Positions 43,535 through 52,587 of a stretch of 64,000 nucleotides of DNA are shown one piece after another. The notes below the pieces were generated by a model. The model did not search any database, was not told where the DNA came from, and saw only the letters and a list, made by a program, of their open reading frames with translations. The DNA comes from Bdellovibrionia bacterium (lineage in GTDB: Bacteria > Bdellovibrionota > Bdellovibrionia > Bdellovibrionales > JAGQZY01): contig JAUHWN010000003.1 of the NCBI GenBank assembly GCA_030424665.1, positions 6,996 through 70,995 on the forward strand. The letters are read 5' to 3'. Numbering within the stretch: the stretch's first letter is position 1; every line of letters starts with the position of its first letter. Both the position numbers and the translations under genes were made by a program.

Positions 43535-45208
43535 TCACTCGCTGAAATGATCAATACATTGTTGCGTATGACTTCTCAGTAGTGATATTTGTTCTTCCCA
43601 CGTTGTTAGCCTTCGACCCATTCGAGTTCGATTTCTCTTAGAGTGTTTAAACCAATGCTCAGGATCAAAAAGGTAACCCATTATTTCTCCACTCCTGTTA
43701 TAAATGTAAAGATTGGTGCCATCGGTTTTGAAAACATAGGGGCCTCCCAAAGCGCTCGGATTGAGAGTGTGGAATCGGGAGGTGTTTAGTACATCCTTAA
43801 TAATCTTTTTTCCGATAGATTTTGGAAAATCAACGAGATTGAGCTGCTCGATTCGATAATTGACCACATCGACATAAAGTGTTCTTACCATCTGAGCGGA
43901 CCAGGCAGCTAGTCCCTTTAAAGGGACTTTTCCGTCGACCTTTTCTTCGAAGTTAATTCCCATTTCATATTGGCTGAGGTTAGTACCTTTCTGCATTAAG
44001 GCTTCGATTTTAGCTGAGGGCTCAAAATCCTCCCCCAATTCAAGTCTTGCCTGGGAGACATACTCTTCAAAAAATTTCAGAAGAATTGAGCGTTTCTCTT
44101 CGAAGTCAGAAGTTAAAGCGACAAGAGACTGCAGAGTATACAGGGCAAACTGTGCACCTGGCTCATCAAGAGCGACCCATTTCTTATAGCCTTCAACATT
44201 ATCTGAATTCCCTTTATTTAGGGTGTAATTAGAAACATTTCTTTCTGGGTCAAACATGTTCGAACTTGCATCGATGGCAATATCCCTTAAGTCTCTAAAA
44301 ATAATATCCTCAATATGTCCAGATGATTCGTCAAATGAGACTGTGGTATTTTGTCCGTGCGATGCATGGAAAATTCCATAGCCATAATTAAATATCGCTA
44401 TCTTGCGCGCAAAAAGCGGAACGAGCTTATCTCTGATGAATTCGAATCGACTTATTCCATTTTTCTCAGCGAGACTGTTGACTATTGAAGGATCGCCTAT
44501 AAACCCGAACCATGGAGCGACTCTTTTCGAAGATCCATCGGGATGAGAGATGAAACTGGGTCTAACAATATTTGATATTATGAGAGACCCATCAAAAGGA
44601 CTTTGAACACTAAGCCTTTGAGCCACCTCGGGGACTAAGGTGATTGTTTCAAGGTCTTCGTGTACTCTCGCCATATGAGTGTTGCTATAGTAGTCTTTTG
44701 CGCGAGCATCTCTTGCAAAAGTTGACTTCCAAAAGAAAGGAGTCATTTCGGGAGATTCTGTGCTCCAAATCCACCACGTATCGTGACTGGCCACTTTGAC
44801 GGCATTGGCTTTGGTAAATAGGGATTCAGCAAAAAACTTCCGCAACCATTGGTATTGCTCTTCATCGAGGAGAACCTGCTCTTTAATTTCAATTGCCTGA
44901 AGCCTAAGACTGCCAAGGGCAGGTAGTTGCTGAGTCGAAAAGCTCACCTTCAATGAAGGGTTGTAGCGTCTCAATATGTCAGCAGAAATGACGTAAACTT
45001 TTTTTGTTTCTCTTCCAAAAATTTCTCGCCCAACAGTGTTAAAGAAATTGTCTCGATCCAGGTAGAATTGCTCACTTTCTGAAACCCCTTGAAGTCCCCA
45101 AGCAGCTAGTTCTATAGTCTCACTTTCTTGAGCCAACAGAATCGCAGATGAAAAAACCAAAGCGACGGCAATAAATAGAGATTTTATTAGTGAGGCCTGA
45201 AACTTCAT
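43535..45208 (-). CDS. Secreted hypothetical protein; weak motif resemblance to the IucA/IucC (NIS synthetase) core
   Basis: 557 aa with signal peptide MKFQASLIKSLFIAVALVFSSAILLAQE. The segment FHASHGQNTTVSFDESSGHIEDIIFRDLRDIAID resembles the H-x-Q-N ... R-D block of IucA/IucC enzymes. No other support. Confidence 0.5.
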   Translation of the reverse strand: MKFQASLIKSLFIAVALVFSSAILLAQESETIELAAWGLQGVSESEQFYLDRDNFFNTVGREIFGRETKKVYVISADILRRYNPSLKVSFSTQQLPALGSLRLQAIEIKEQVLLDEEQYQWLRKFFAESLFTKANAVKVASHDTWWIWSTESPEMTPFFWKSTFARDARAKDYYSNTHMARVHEDLETITLVPEVAQRLSVQSPFDGSLIISNIVRPSFISHPDGSSKRVAPWFGFIGDPSIVNSLAEKNGISRFEFIRDKLVPLFARKIAIFNYGYGIFHASHGQNTTVSFDESSGHIEDIIFRDLRDIAIDASSNMFDPERNVSNYTLNKGNSDNVEGYKKWVALDEPGAQFALYTLQSLVALTSDFEEKRSILLKFFEEYVSQARLELGEDFEPSAKIEALMQKGTNLSQYEMGINFEEKVDGKVPLKGLAAWSAQMVRTLYVDVVNYRIEQLNLVDFPKSIGKKIIKDVLNTSRFHTLNPSALGGPYVFKTDGTNLYIYNRSGEIMGYLFDPEHWFKHSKRNRTRMGRRLTTWEEQISLLRSHTQQCIDHFSE

Positions 45209-45627
45209 GACACTGACATTTGCAATCGAGAATCCAGTAGAGAACTGAACTTTATTTCAGATTTACCTCTATTTGCAAAATAGCGGGTTATGAGCCCCTA
45301 GTGAGCCGTAATTCCAAGAGTAGACTGTCTATTTTCTAGGATTTGCAGGCAAATATCGGTTCCTAATGAGTGGATCCCAAAGAAATGTTTTTTGAACCCC
45401 CAGAGTTGGATGGAATAACAGTCGATCGTTTTAGAAATATACCGTCTCAATACAATACGTAGATCTTTAATACAGTCGCAAATCATCAAATCAAATACAT
45501 ATCGTTTATACAATGAATGAGTCTCAGATCGAAATATTTGAGTTCTCGGCCCAAAAACTATGGAATAGACCTTGCTCATTATTGTCATTGGGTGGTTTGA
45601 AAAAGTTAATTAAATTTGGGGGGCCGA

Positions 45628-46362
45628 ATGAAGCTTAGTTTCGTTTTTGCGATGGTCATCGCACTTATTTTTTCTGTGAATTGTTCTCAATCCAACAATA
45701 GATTGCCAACAAAGACGAGTGTTAATACAGATAGAGAGTCTGGTAACCGAGGGGGAACCATTCCGAGCGTGCCAGAAGCTGATAATGGCAACAACTCTCC
45801 AAGTTCTACTCCGACTCCTACGCCTGTTCCAAGCCCTACTCCTGCTGCTCTCACTGGAAATCAAAAAGTGGTCAATGATGCCTATCAATTCTTTTTTGAA
45901 AGGGATGCTGAGCAAGCTGGTCTCGATTACTGGGTCCAACAAATTGTCAATCGAGGCAACGATAGTGAATCTCGAATAAGTGTCTTAGCCGATATCGTCA
46001 TTTACTCAAATGTTGCAAATGGAGATAGAGCTAAGTCGATTAATAATGACAACAAAATCAATGAAGCAATCGATTTAATCCGAGACGCCGATAGAACCTT
46101 TCCCAACTTTTTAAGGGAGGAGTATATCAATGCAATGTATCTAATGTATTTTGGTAGAAATGCAGAACAGGCTGGGTTGGATTTTTGGATAAGTCAGTAT
46201 AACCGAGCTAGTGAGTTTTCTGCCAATATTCAATTTGAATCAGATTTACTCCACGGTGCCCAAGGCATTGACCGAACGGCAGTGCTTATCAATGCCAATC
46301 GAAGGGCATGGGCTGAAGAAATTTTTGATGAGGTCAATTCAACTCCACAGTGGTACCAGTAG
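45628..46362 (+). CDS. Exported protein with two DUF4214-like repeats
   Basis: Signal sequence MKLSFVFAMVIALIFSVNC, then a Pro/Thr/Ser linker. Two repeats, FFFERDAEQAGLDYWVQQI and MYFGRNAEQAGLDFWISQY, fit the DUF4214 pattern. Confidence 0.6.
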   Translation: MKLSFVFAMVIALIFSVNCSQSNNRLPTKTSVNTDRESGNRGGTIPSVPEADNGNNSPSSTPTPTPVPSPTPAALTGNQKVVNDAYQFFFERDAEQAGLDYWVQQIVNRGNDSESRISVLADIVIYSNVANGDRAKSINNDNKINEAIDLIRDADRTFPNFLREEYINAMYLMYFGRNAEQAGLDFWISQYNRASEFSANIQFESDLLHGAQGIDRTAVLINANRRAWAEEIFDEVNSTPQWYQ

Positions 46363-46410
46363 ATGTTATGCCCCCATATTTTAAGTGGGGGTATAATCCA
46401 ACTCTCAAAG

Positions 46411-46440
46411 GAAATTCTCGTATAAAGAATTTCTTTTTTT
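46411..46440 (+). terminator. Rho-independent terminator
   Basis: Stem GAAATTC / GAATTTC with a 9-nt loop, then T7. Confidence 0.7.
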
Positions 46441-46441
46441 G

Positions 46442-47479
46442 CTAGATATCGTCTTCTGAGTAGGGAAGGCCAAGTCGAATCCACTCTTTTATCACTTTAA
46501 TTTCCTCTTTGGTTGCCGGTGGGATTTCTTTTATTACATCGTCAGCAGAAATATTGAGAGGCATTGGATCAAAGAAAAACTCATCTTCGTCGACTCTTCC
46601 GATCAGAGCTCCAATGAAGTGACTTTCGTGGGGATCTTCTTTGTTGAAAAGTAGCGGATTAGTCTGAGCCCACCCGAGAAGGGCTTGGTAGGTGCTCATA
46701 TCTATACCGCGACTTCTTAGTCCGAAAGAGTTGTGGCAAAGAATGCACTTAGGACCCAGGACTTGGTTTCGAAGAGAAAGCCAGTTGGGTTTTAGTTCAG
46801 TTGTCGTTTTTAAATACGAAGAGCCATCGCTGTACTCAGCCATTCCTTGGTTGATCCATTTCATAAGAAACTCTTTTTGCCCTTCACTTACGACTAAGGC
46901 TTCTCCGCCAGGCTTTGCTGGAAAGGGCATGCTTTTAGATAAAATAGATCCCAATATTTGTGAAATATCATTTCGAGTTGTTGTGTAATCCTTGTATTGA
47001 GAGTGGCAGGTGAGGCAGCGGTTGGGTTTAAGAACCTTATCTTTAACCTCTTGAAATGAAATATAAACTTTTGGCTTTGGAAGAGTGTTGGAGTCATTCG
47101 AGGTTTCAGGGGCTCCAGACTCGATCCAATTCGTGAGAAGTTGCTTTTCGAGACCCGGCAATAATCCCTCTTGGAGGGGCGGCATCCGTCCGGGACCAGG
47201 AGAGTTAATTCGAGCGAGTATTTTTCCTGCCGAAGCTTTAACCACTTGGTAGTTTTCAAAGACCTGATGGCGACCAGTGTGACAGCTAATGCAGTATTTA
47301 TCGAGAACCTGGGACTTGATATCTGCAAATCCCAGTGTTTCTGTCTGTGGTTTTTCAAAAGTTTCGGGAACAGGGTCATGACGAGAGCCTTCACTAAAAT
47401 ACTTTCCACAGGACGAGAGGCCCATTGCAAAGCAAATCAAAGTAATCGATTTTAATATTTTTTGGTGAAGTCGAGTCAT
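46442..47479 (-). CDS. Triheme c-type cytochrome lipoprotein
   Basis: 345 aa with lipobox AMGLSSC. Three CxxCH motifs are present (CISCH, CLTCH, CILCH). Confidence 0.7.
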   Translation of the reverse strand: MTRLHQKILKSITLICFAMGLSSCGKYFSEGSRHDPVPETFEKPQTETLGFADIKSQVLDKYCISCHTGRHQVFENYQVVKASAGKILARINSPGPGRMPPLQEGLLPGLEKQLLTNWIESGAPETSNDSNTLPKPKVYISFQEVKDKVLKPNRCLTCHSQYKDYTTTRNDISQILGSILSKSMPFPAKPGGEALVVSEGQKEFLMKWINQGMAEYSDGSSYLKTTTELKPNWLSLRNQVLGPKCILCHNSFGLRSRGIDMSTYQALLGWAQTNPLLFNKEDPHESHFIGALIGRVDEDEFFFDPMPLNISADDVIKEIPPATKEEIKVIKEWIRLGLPYSEDDI

Positions 47480-47509
47480 TGTTCAGTCCCATTTTTCTCT
47501 GAGGAATAT

Positions 47510-48001
47510 TTACTGAATTCCTCTTGGTGCTTCGCCAGTTTCTGAAAACCAAAAATTGTCGGCTGCTTCCTCGCGTCTTTGTAATTGGGCATCAAATCGC
47601 GCCTTAGCTCCACGGCTGATGAAAAAGTGCATGCGATCGCCATTTCGAGTGTAAAGCTTGGGATCAATATCGGCGTAAGCATTGTTTGCCATGGCCCATG
47701 CGCACCAGCCACCGTAGGTCGGTTCATACTTAAGGGGATTCGCAATAAATTCATTAAGGTTTTCTTGAGAAGAAAAATAGTAAACGACTCCACCGTAGTT
47801 TGTCGATATACTTTGATTTCCGGGAATGGCTCGATCTACGGTAAAATAGGCGACTGGGTCGTAACCTTTGAGTCCGAGTTGAGTTTGCTCTAGGTTGTAG
47901 TGAGTCAGCACATCAGCTCGATCTTTTTGTTCCAGTGTTCTTTGGGCCAAAGCGAATTGTGAAAAGATCAGGATTAAAGTCGTTAAAATTAAATTATTCA
48001 T
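47510..48001 (-). CDS. Exported YHS-domain-like protein
   Basis: The ATG at 48001 follows GGGGGAAC and gives MNNLILTTLILIFSQFALAQ. The track starts at 48067. GYDPVAYF...YGGVVYYFSSQENLNEFIANPLKYEPTYGGWCAWAMA fits the YHS-like family pattern from memory. Confidence 0.6.
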   Translation of the reverse strand: MNNLILTTLILIFSQFALAQRTLEQKDRADVLTHYNLEQTQLGLKGYDPVAYFTVDRAIPGNQSISTNYGGVVYYFSSQENLNEFIANPLKYEPTYGGWCAWAMANNAYADIDPKLYTRNGDRMHFFISRGAKARFDAQLQRREEAADNFWFSETGEAPRGIQ

Positions 48002-48581
48002 AGGTTCCCCCTGTTTGTTTTCACCATTTAATTCGCACTTGAATAAAAAATGTAACTGAAGAGGCAAAAAATAGACTGAATTTAACTATTTAGAATACCG
48101 AAGGATTTGGATATTCCTTGAAGGAAAGTCATGGCGAGTTGAATCTGGGGAAATTGACTCACCATCAGTTTTCTTTTGCAGTGAAAAAATTAGAAAACAC
48201 CTATAGGGTCCCTCGATTTTTTAAGAAGCATTTATTGTTCCGCTTTCTTTTTTTCTAAACCCGAGTGGAGAATCGGTAGGCGATGAGTGCGAGCAAAAAC
48301 AATGTTACCAAAGAAAGTCTCAAATTTTTCATATATAAATATCGGAAGTCTATAAGAAATTCTATAAATTTCGAGCTGCTAGAACTAATCTTCGTTTGCA
48401 TTAGGCGGCAGAACCTCTCCAGGTTGTGGCATGATAAACTCCGTATTAGCTCTTTCGTTGCATAGCCTCTGAAGTTCCTGTTGAATTAAAGGGCCATGGG
48501 CGCTACCAAAGGTTACAAGTCCATCACCGGGCTGTTGAATAGCCCTTTGTGCAGCCGTCCTACTTCTCGCATCTGACGTAT

Positions 48582-49373
48582 CTAAGAATGAGTTAAATAA
48601 GTAAAGGTTTGAATAAATAGCGACCGAACTCCTGGGTGCTCAAATCGAGCGACATAGGTATCTATTTCTTCGTCTGTAAAGCGCCTGTTGTTTTTAAAAC
48701 CACTATTTACATAGTCTCTAAAAGCAACATACTGATCGGGAGTCATATGCCCCGCCATTCCGAGATCGATAAGGCTATCATAGCCCTCGTCCATCATATC
48801 TATGTAGTCCCCTGCGAGTTCTTTTTGTTCCGTGTCGTCGAGCGCAACATTGCGGATAGATCGAAAAGCTTCTGGGTTTGTAGCGCGTGCAATAATATCA
48901 GGGCTATACATTAAGTGCATGACCGCATCAGTTTGCTCAGGGGTCAGGATTTCTGAAAACGTGCCTCGCAAGCCCGTATAGTCGGCTACCATGGCCTCAT
49001 AGGGCGTGCCATTAGATAGTTCTCCAGGAGATACTTCTAAACCAAGCCATTGAAGTCTTCCGCTTTCGACACTTTGAAGAATAAGCGCGACATCGGATCG
49101 TTCCTCTCTGATTCGAGCTGCATTATCTGGCTGAGCAATGTACTCGTCAATCGAAGCTCTAAAGCCATCAAGAGACTCGGCTCCTTCTAGTAAAGCCATA
49201 ATTTCTTGGTTTTGATTTGTAAGATGAGAAGAGAAGTGAGTTGAGATACTAGCACCACCGGAATTCATAGTTGGAATTCCCTGGCCGTTGGCTGAAAAAC
49301 TACATTCGTTTGCGAACAAACTCCGAGTGAAGGTAATAAAGCTAAAAATAATAATGAATCTAAAATATTTCAT
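48582..49373 (-). CDS. Secreted hypothetical protein
   Basis: Signal peptide MKYFRFIIIFSFITFTRSLFA. No recognisable domain. It overlaps the upstream gene's end by 4 nt. Confidence 0.5.
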   Translation of the reverse strand: MKYFRFIIIFSFITFTRSLFANECSFSANGQGIPTMNSGGASISTHFSSHLTNQNQEIMALLEGAESLDGFRASIDEYIAQPDNAARIREERSDVALILQSVESGRLQWLGLEVSPGELSNGTPYEAMVADYTGLRGTFSEILTPEQTDAVMHLMYSPDIIARATNPEAFRSIRNVALDDTEQKELAGDYIDMMDEGYDSLIDLGMAGHMTPDQYVAFRDYVNSGFKNNRRFTDEEIDTYVARFEHPGVRSLFIQTFTYLTHS

Positions 49374-49945
49374 CGTTTCACCACCCATTTAGCTGCTGGC
49401 GAGGCAAAAACTTTCTTCTTCAATCGGTCTTGTTCTTTCACAAAATTTTTGCAGCTCTTTGATTTAAAACAAAGAATTTTTATTTTAATGGCGAAGTTCG
49501 TCCATTCCCTTGTATGTTGGGGATGAACAAACTGGGCGGATGCTTTTTTGAGATCTTGCTTACAAAATATCCGAGAATTTTTATCGGTATTTGTTATCCA
49601 CGCATTTGGGCCATAAATCGGAGTTAAGCACTTTTTCACCAGCTTAGCACTCGTAAACATTAAAAAGGAGTCTAAAAAGGCGTACCCTTTTTTATTGGCA
49701 ATTTTAACTAATCCTCGAAGGTATTGTTGTCTTTGTTTGAGTGGAAGGTCTCTTAGCTCTTGGGCTGAGGGCAATTGAGGGCTAATAACACTTGAAGGTT
49801 TTCTTGACGCTCGTTTTTTTGGGGCAGTAATTATTTTTTTAGAATTATAGATTCTTCTTTTTTTCTTCGTCTTTGCGGAAATATCACTCTGTCCAAAACT
49901 AAAAAATGCAAAGGCAATAGTTAAAGCAAGAAATGCTTTACTCAT
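49370..49945 (-). CDS. Secreted basic hypothetical protein
   Basis: Signal peptide MSKAFLALTIAFAFFSFGQS, then a K/R-rich region and 4 Cys. The track starts at 49966. Confidence 0.5.
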   Translation of the reverse strand: MSKAFLALTIAFAFFSFGQSDISAKTKKKRRIYNSKKIITAPKKRASRKPSSVISPQLPSAQELRDLPLKQRQQYLRGLVKIANKKGYAFLDSFLMFTSAKLVKKCLTPIYGPNAWITNTDKNSRIFCKQDLKKASAQFVHPQHTREWTNFAIKIKILCFKSKSCKNFVKEQDRLKKKVFASPAAKWVVKR

Positions 49946-50137
49946 AAAACCACCAATCCCTCTCATCTACTCTCAGTTATTATATCTTTAATTGAGACAA
50001 AAGACAGCATGGCCTTCAAATCGGGTTTAATCGCTTCAATATGAAACAATAGGTGAGAAAAGGTACAAGTTCTCCTGTTGGTATAGGAGTCGACAGCTCC
50101 CGTATCAATTTGAGATTCGGGAACAATCAATGACTAA

Positions 50138-50169
50138 TGCAATTGCGCTACCAAAAGGAAGCTTCTACC
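50138..50169 (-). repeat. Dispersed short repeat, copy 3
   Basis: CTACCAAAAGGAAGCTTCTACC (50148-50169) is identical to 15511-15532. The 10 nt of flank (50138-50147) is also similar to the other copies. The repeat's last base is the first base of the EgtD-like gene's stop codon (50169-50171). Confidence 0.8.
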
Positions 50170-51179
50170 TAAAGGGGGTTGACGGTGGTTTTTTTGACAC
50201 ACCAAAGGGAATCGACAAAATTTCGTTCGCTATCAAAGAAGTTTTCGACTTGTAAAAAGCCCGTTTCGTTAGCCATGCTTTGAATATCTTCGAGCAGATA
50301 TTTGTTCGAATATTCGAGGTGAATCGGTTCATAGGCTTTGAAGTGAAAAGTCTTTTCGATCTCTTTGATAAATACGGATTGGTCCTTGAGTGAAACTAAG
50401 TAGCTTTCCATCGCTCCAATGACTGGGTTGTAAAACCCATAATGGGTGAAATTCTCAATGTTAAAAGTTCCACCCAGTTCATTGTTAATTCGACGAAGGA
50501 CATTAATATTGAAATCAGCTGTCACGCCTTCAGTGTCATTATAGGCTTGGGTGAGGCGTTTAAGGTCCTTTTTTAAGTCAAAGCCAATGAGCATATAATC
50601 GTCGGGGTTAAGATGCTTCCAAATTATTCGTAAGAAGACGAAAGCTGCCTCAGGATTGAAATTTCCGATATTAGAGCCGAGGAATAGCAAAACATTTCTG
50701 CCTGCGGAGTTTTCACGAATATCGTCGAGGGCATCAATGTACTCTCCAACCACTCCTTTTATTTTCAAACCATCAAACTCTTCTTTAAACTTTGTGGTCA
50801 TATTGGCTACAGCAGATTCTGAAATATCGACTGGGATATAAGTGAAATCCATTCCCTTTCGCATAAATTCATCGATAAGAACCTTAGTTTTTCGGCCATC
50901 GCCCGCGCCGAGCTCGATAAGATTAAAGTGTTCCTTGCCTATGGCTCCGGCAATATTGCCTTTGTTTTTCTCAAAAACTTCAAATTCACATCGTGTGGGA
51001 TAGTAGTCTACTTGATCTGTGATCTTCTCGAAGAGAATAGATCCGCGCTCGTCATAGAAATACTTCGAAGGTATGTATTTTTTCTGGGCTGAAAAACCAG
51101 TGAGAACATCGAGGGCGAATTGCTCCTTGAGAGCATCTTTTTTCTGATTTCGAATCGAATCGAGTACCTTATAGTCCAT
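50169..51179 (-). CDS. EgtD-like SAM-dependent L-histidine N-alpha-methyltransferase family protein
   Basis: 336 aa. KYFYDERGSILFEKITDQVDYYPTRCEFEVF, LIELGAGDGRKTKVLI, FLGSNIGNF, AYNDTEGVTADFNINVLRRIN and HLEYSNKY follow the EgtD/Methyltransf_33 blocks. Confidence 0.8.
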   Translation of the reverse strand: MDYKVLDSIRNQKKDALKEQFALDVLTGFSAQKKYIPSKYFYDERGSILFEKITDQVDYYPTRCEFEVFEKNKGNIAGAIGKEHFNLIELGAGDGRKTKVLIDEFMRKGMDFTYIPVDISESAVANMTTKFKEEFDGLKIKGVVGEYIDALDDIRENSAGRNVLLFLGSNIGNFNPEAAFVFLRIIWKHLNPDDYMLIGFDLKKDLKRLTQAYNDTEGVTADFNINVLRRINNELGGTFNIENFTHYGFYNPVIGAMESYLVSLKDQSVFIKEIEKTFHFKAYEPIHLEYSNKYLLEDIQSMANETGFLQVENFFDSERNFVDSLWCVKKTTVNPL

Positions 51180-51310
51180 AACTTACCCTTATCTGGTCTT
51201 TATTTGGCTTTTATTTGGAACGGTTGGTCACGACCATTGGCCCGTGGGCAGACTACCGCCTCAATCCCCTAGGTCAAGGGATGACACTGGGATTTGACTG
51301 GAATCAAACG

Positions 51311-51333
51311 AAAAAAGGGCTCCAGTGGAGCCC
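51311..51333 (-). terminator. Rho-independent terminator (minus strand)
   Basis: Read on the minus strand, stem GGGCTCC / GGAGCCC with a 3-nt loop is followed by T6. Confidence 0.65.
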
Positions 51334-51403
51334 TCAAGAGTGGGGGGGTTAAATGTTATAATCTCAGACATTGAAGTCATTGAGGTTTAATTTAAATCTC
51401 TCG

Positions 51404-51688
51404 CTATTCTTTATCGTGCTTAGCTTTAAAGATGGCCCTAGATTCGCCTCTTTCAGCCCTACGGATCCGTCTTGCTTCTTTCTGCGTAACTTCTCCATCT
51501 TTAAGGGCGCGACGCTCAACTCTTCGTGCTCGACGTCTTTTGCGGCCGATTTTCTTAGCCTCTTGGTTATCTATACTTCCATTCTTAACTCCATGGGCGG
51601 TTCTCAACACCTGTCCGCGTCTGGCGTCGGCATCGAAGCTAAAACTAAATATGAGAGCCAAGCTCATCAGTGCGATTAGAGTTTTCAT
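51404..51688 (-). CDS. Small secreted, highly basic hypothetical protein
   Basis: 94 aa with a strong RBS (AAGGAGG) and signal peptide MKTLIALMSLALIFSFSFDA. An R/K-rich helical region follows. Confidence 0.5.
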   Translation of the reverse strand: MKTLIALMSLALIFSFSFDADARRGQVLRTAHGVKNGSIDNQEAKKIGRKRRRARRVERRALKDGEVTQKEARRIRRAERGESRAIFKAKHDKE

Positions 51689-51974
51689 AAGTCCTCCTTA
51701 CCTGCTTTCATAACCAAAACACAGCAGGTATGAGAAAGTTTCGCGAAGTCGTTATTTTTTTTGAGGCTGTTCAAAGTTTTTTGAAAAACCCTAGTAAATC
51801 TATAGCTTTATCTGGTTTTGAGATATCCTGCCAACACAAGAGCTCCAGGAGTTCGGACCAGTTTGAGCCGAAAGTAGGGGATCTTTGTAAAGAATCAGGC
51901 ATATATAAGTTTAAAGAAGACTTATTCTATAACCCTGTGTTAATGTTTAGGAAGTGTTGAACAGGAGATTGGAA

Positions 51975-52490
51975 GTGAAAGCTCTATTGTTGATGATTGC
52001 GATTCTCAGTCTTTCTTTTTCGGCGGGTGCTTCCGAAAAAGAACTCCTATTGGCGAGTCTCAAGGGTGAAATGTCCAAGGTCGACTCGTTAATCTCAAAT
52101 GGAACCGATGTGAATTTTGCCAATGGTAAAGGCTTAACTCCTCTTATGTTAGCTGCCCTCAAGGGACATACCCAGGTGGTTCAAAAGCTGGTCGGAAGTT
52201 CGGCGGATATTAATCTTAAAGATTCATCGGGCCATACGGCAATGATGGCGGCTTGCCAGCAAGGGCATACCAATGTTGTGGATATCTTGTTGAAAGCTGG
52301 TTCGGATATAAACGATGCTAACGCAAAAGGTGCGACTTGCCTCTTTCTAGCGGCTCAAGCTGGAAAAAAGGATATGGTGCAATTCCTTGTTTCAAAGGGT
52401 GCCGATAAATCTAAGAAAAACAATGCTGGGCTTTCGCCGAAAGAAGCAGCATCTCTATCTAATCATTCTGATATAGCTTCGATGCTGTAA
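51975..52490 (+). CDS. Secreted ankyrin-repeat protein (paralogue 1)
   Basis: The GTG at 51975 has AGGAG 8 nt upstream. The track starts at 51954. The signal peptide is KALLLMIAILSLSFSAGA. Ankyrin repeats are present (GLTPLMLAALKGHTQVVQKLV, GHTAMMAACQQGHTNVVDILL, GATCLFLAAQAGKKDMVQFLV). Confidence 0.85.
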   Translation: MKALLLMIAILSLSFSAGASEKELLLASLKGEMSKVDSLISNGTDVNFANGKGLTPLMLAALKGHTQVVQKLVGSSADINLKDSSGHTAMMAACQQGHTNVVDILLKAGSDINDANAKGATCLFLAAQAGKKDMVQFLVSKGADKSKKNNAGLSPKEAASLSNHSDIASML

Positions 52491-52587
52491 TTCTCGATAT
52501 TTTCATTTGATCAAAATTTCTCTCCTAGGGCTGTACTTTTTTGGGACTAAGTAGTCTAATATAATCTAGATTCAACTAGGGGAATCG

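Noticed and set aside
45298-45588. A 96-aa minus-strand ORF lies in the gap between the 43535-45208 and 45628-46362 genes.
   Set aside because: It has no recognisable motif, no convincing RBS and an odd composition. I leave it uncalled, and its coding status needs expression or conservation data.
41501-48067. I considered calling the block downstream of tRNA-Leu a genomic island or mobile element.
   Set aside because: The window contains no integrase or excisionase, no distal att repeat and no mobility genes. Only the tRNA-proximal scars are demonstrable, so the island idea is kept as a hypothesis in the findings.
48500-48512. A possible fourth, partial copy of the dispersed repeat (GCGCTACCAAAGG).
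   Set aside because: Only ~13 nt match, with an indel, and the GAAGCTTC core is absent. That is not distinguishable from chance.
48068-48581. A 514-bp stretch has no ORF of 60 aa or more. On the minus strand it contains a 25-codon signal-peptide-like fragment (MKNLRLSLVTLFLLALIAYRFSTRV) and other short fragments.
   Set aside because: It could be a decayed gene or an sRNA locus, but I see no conserved structure, promoter/terminator pair or coherent frame to support either call.
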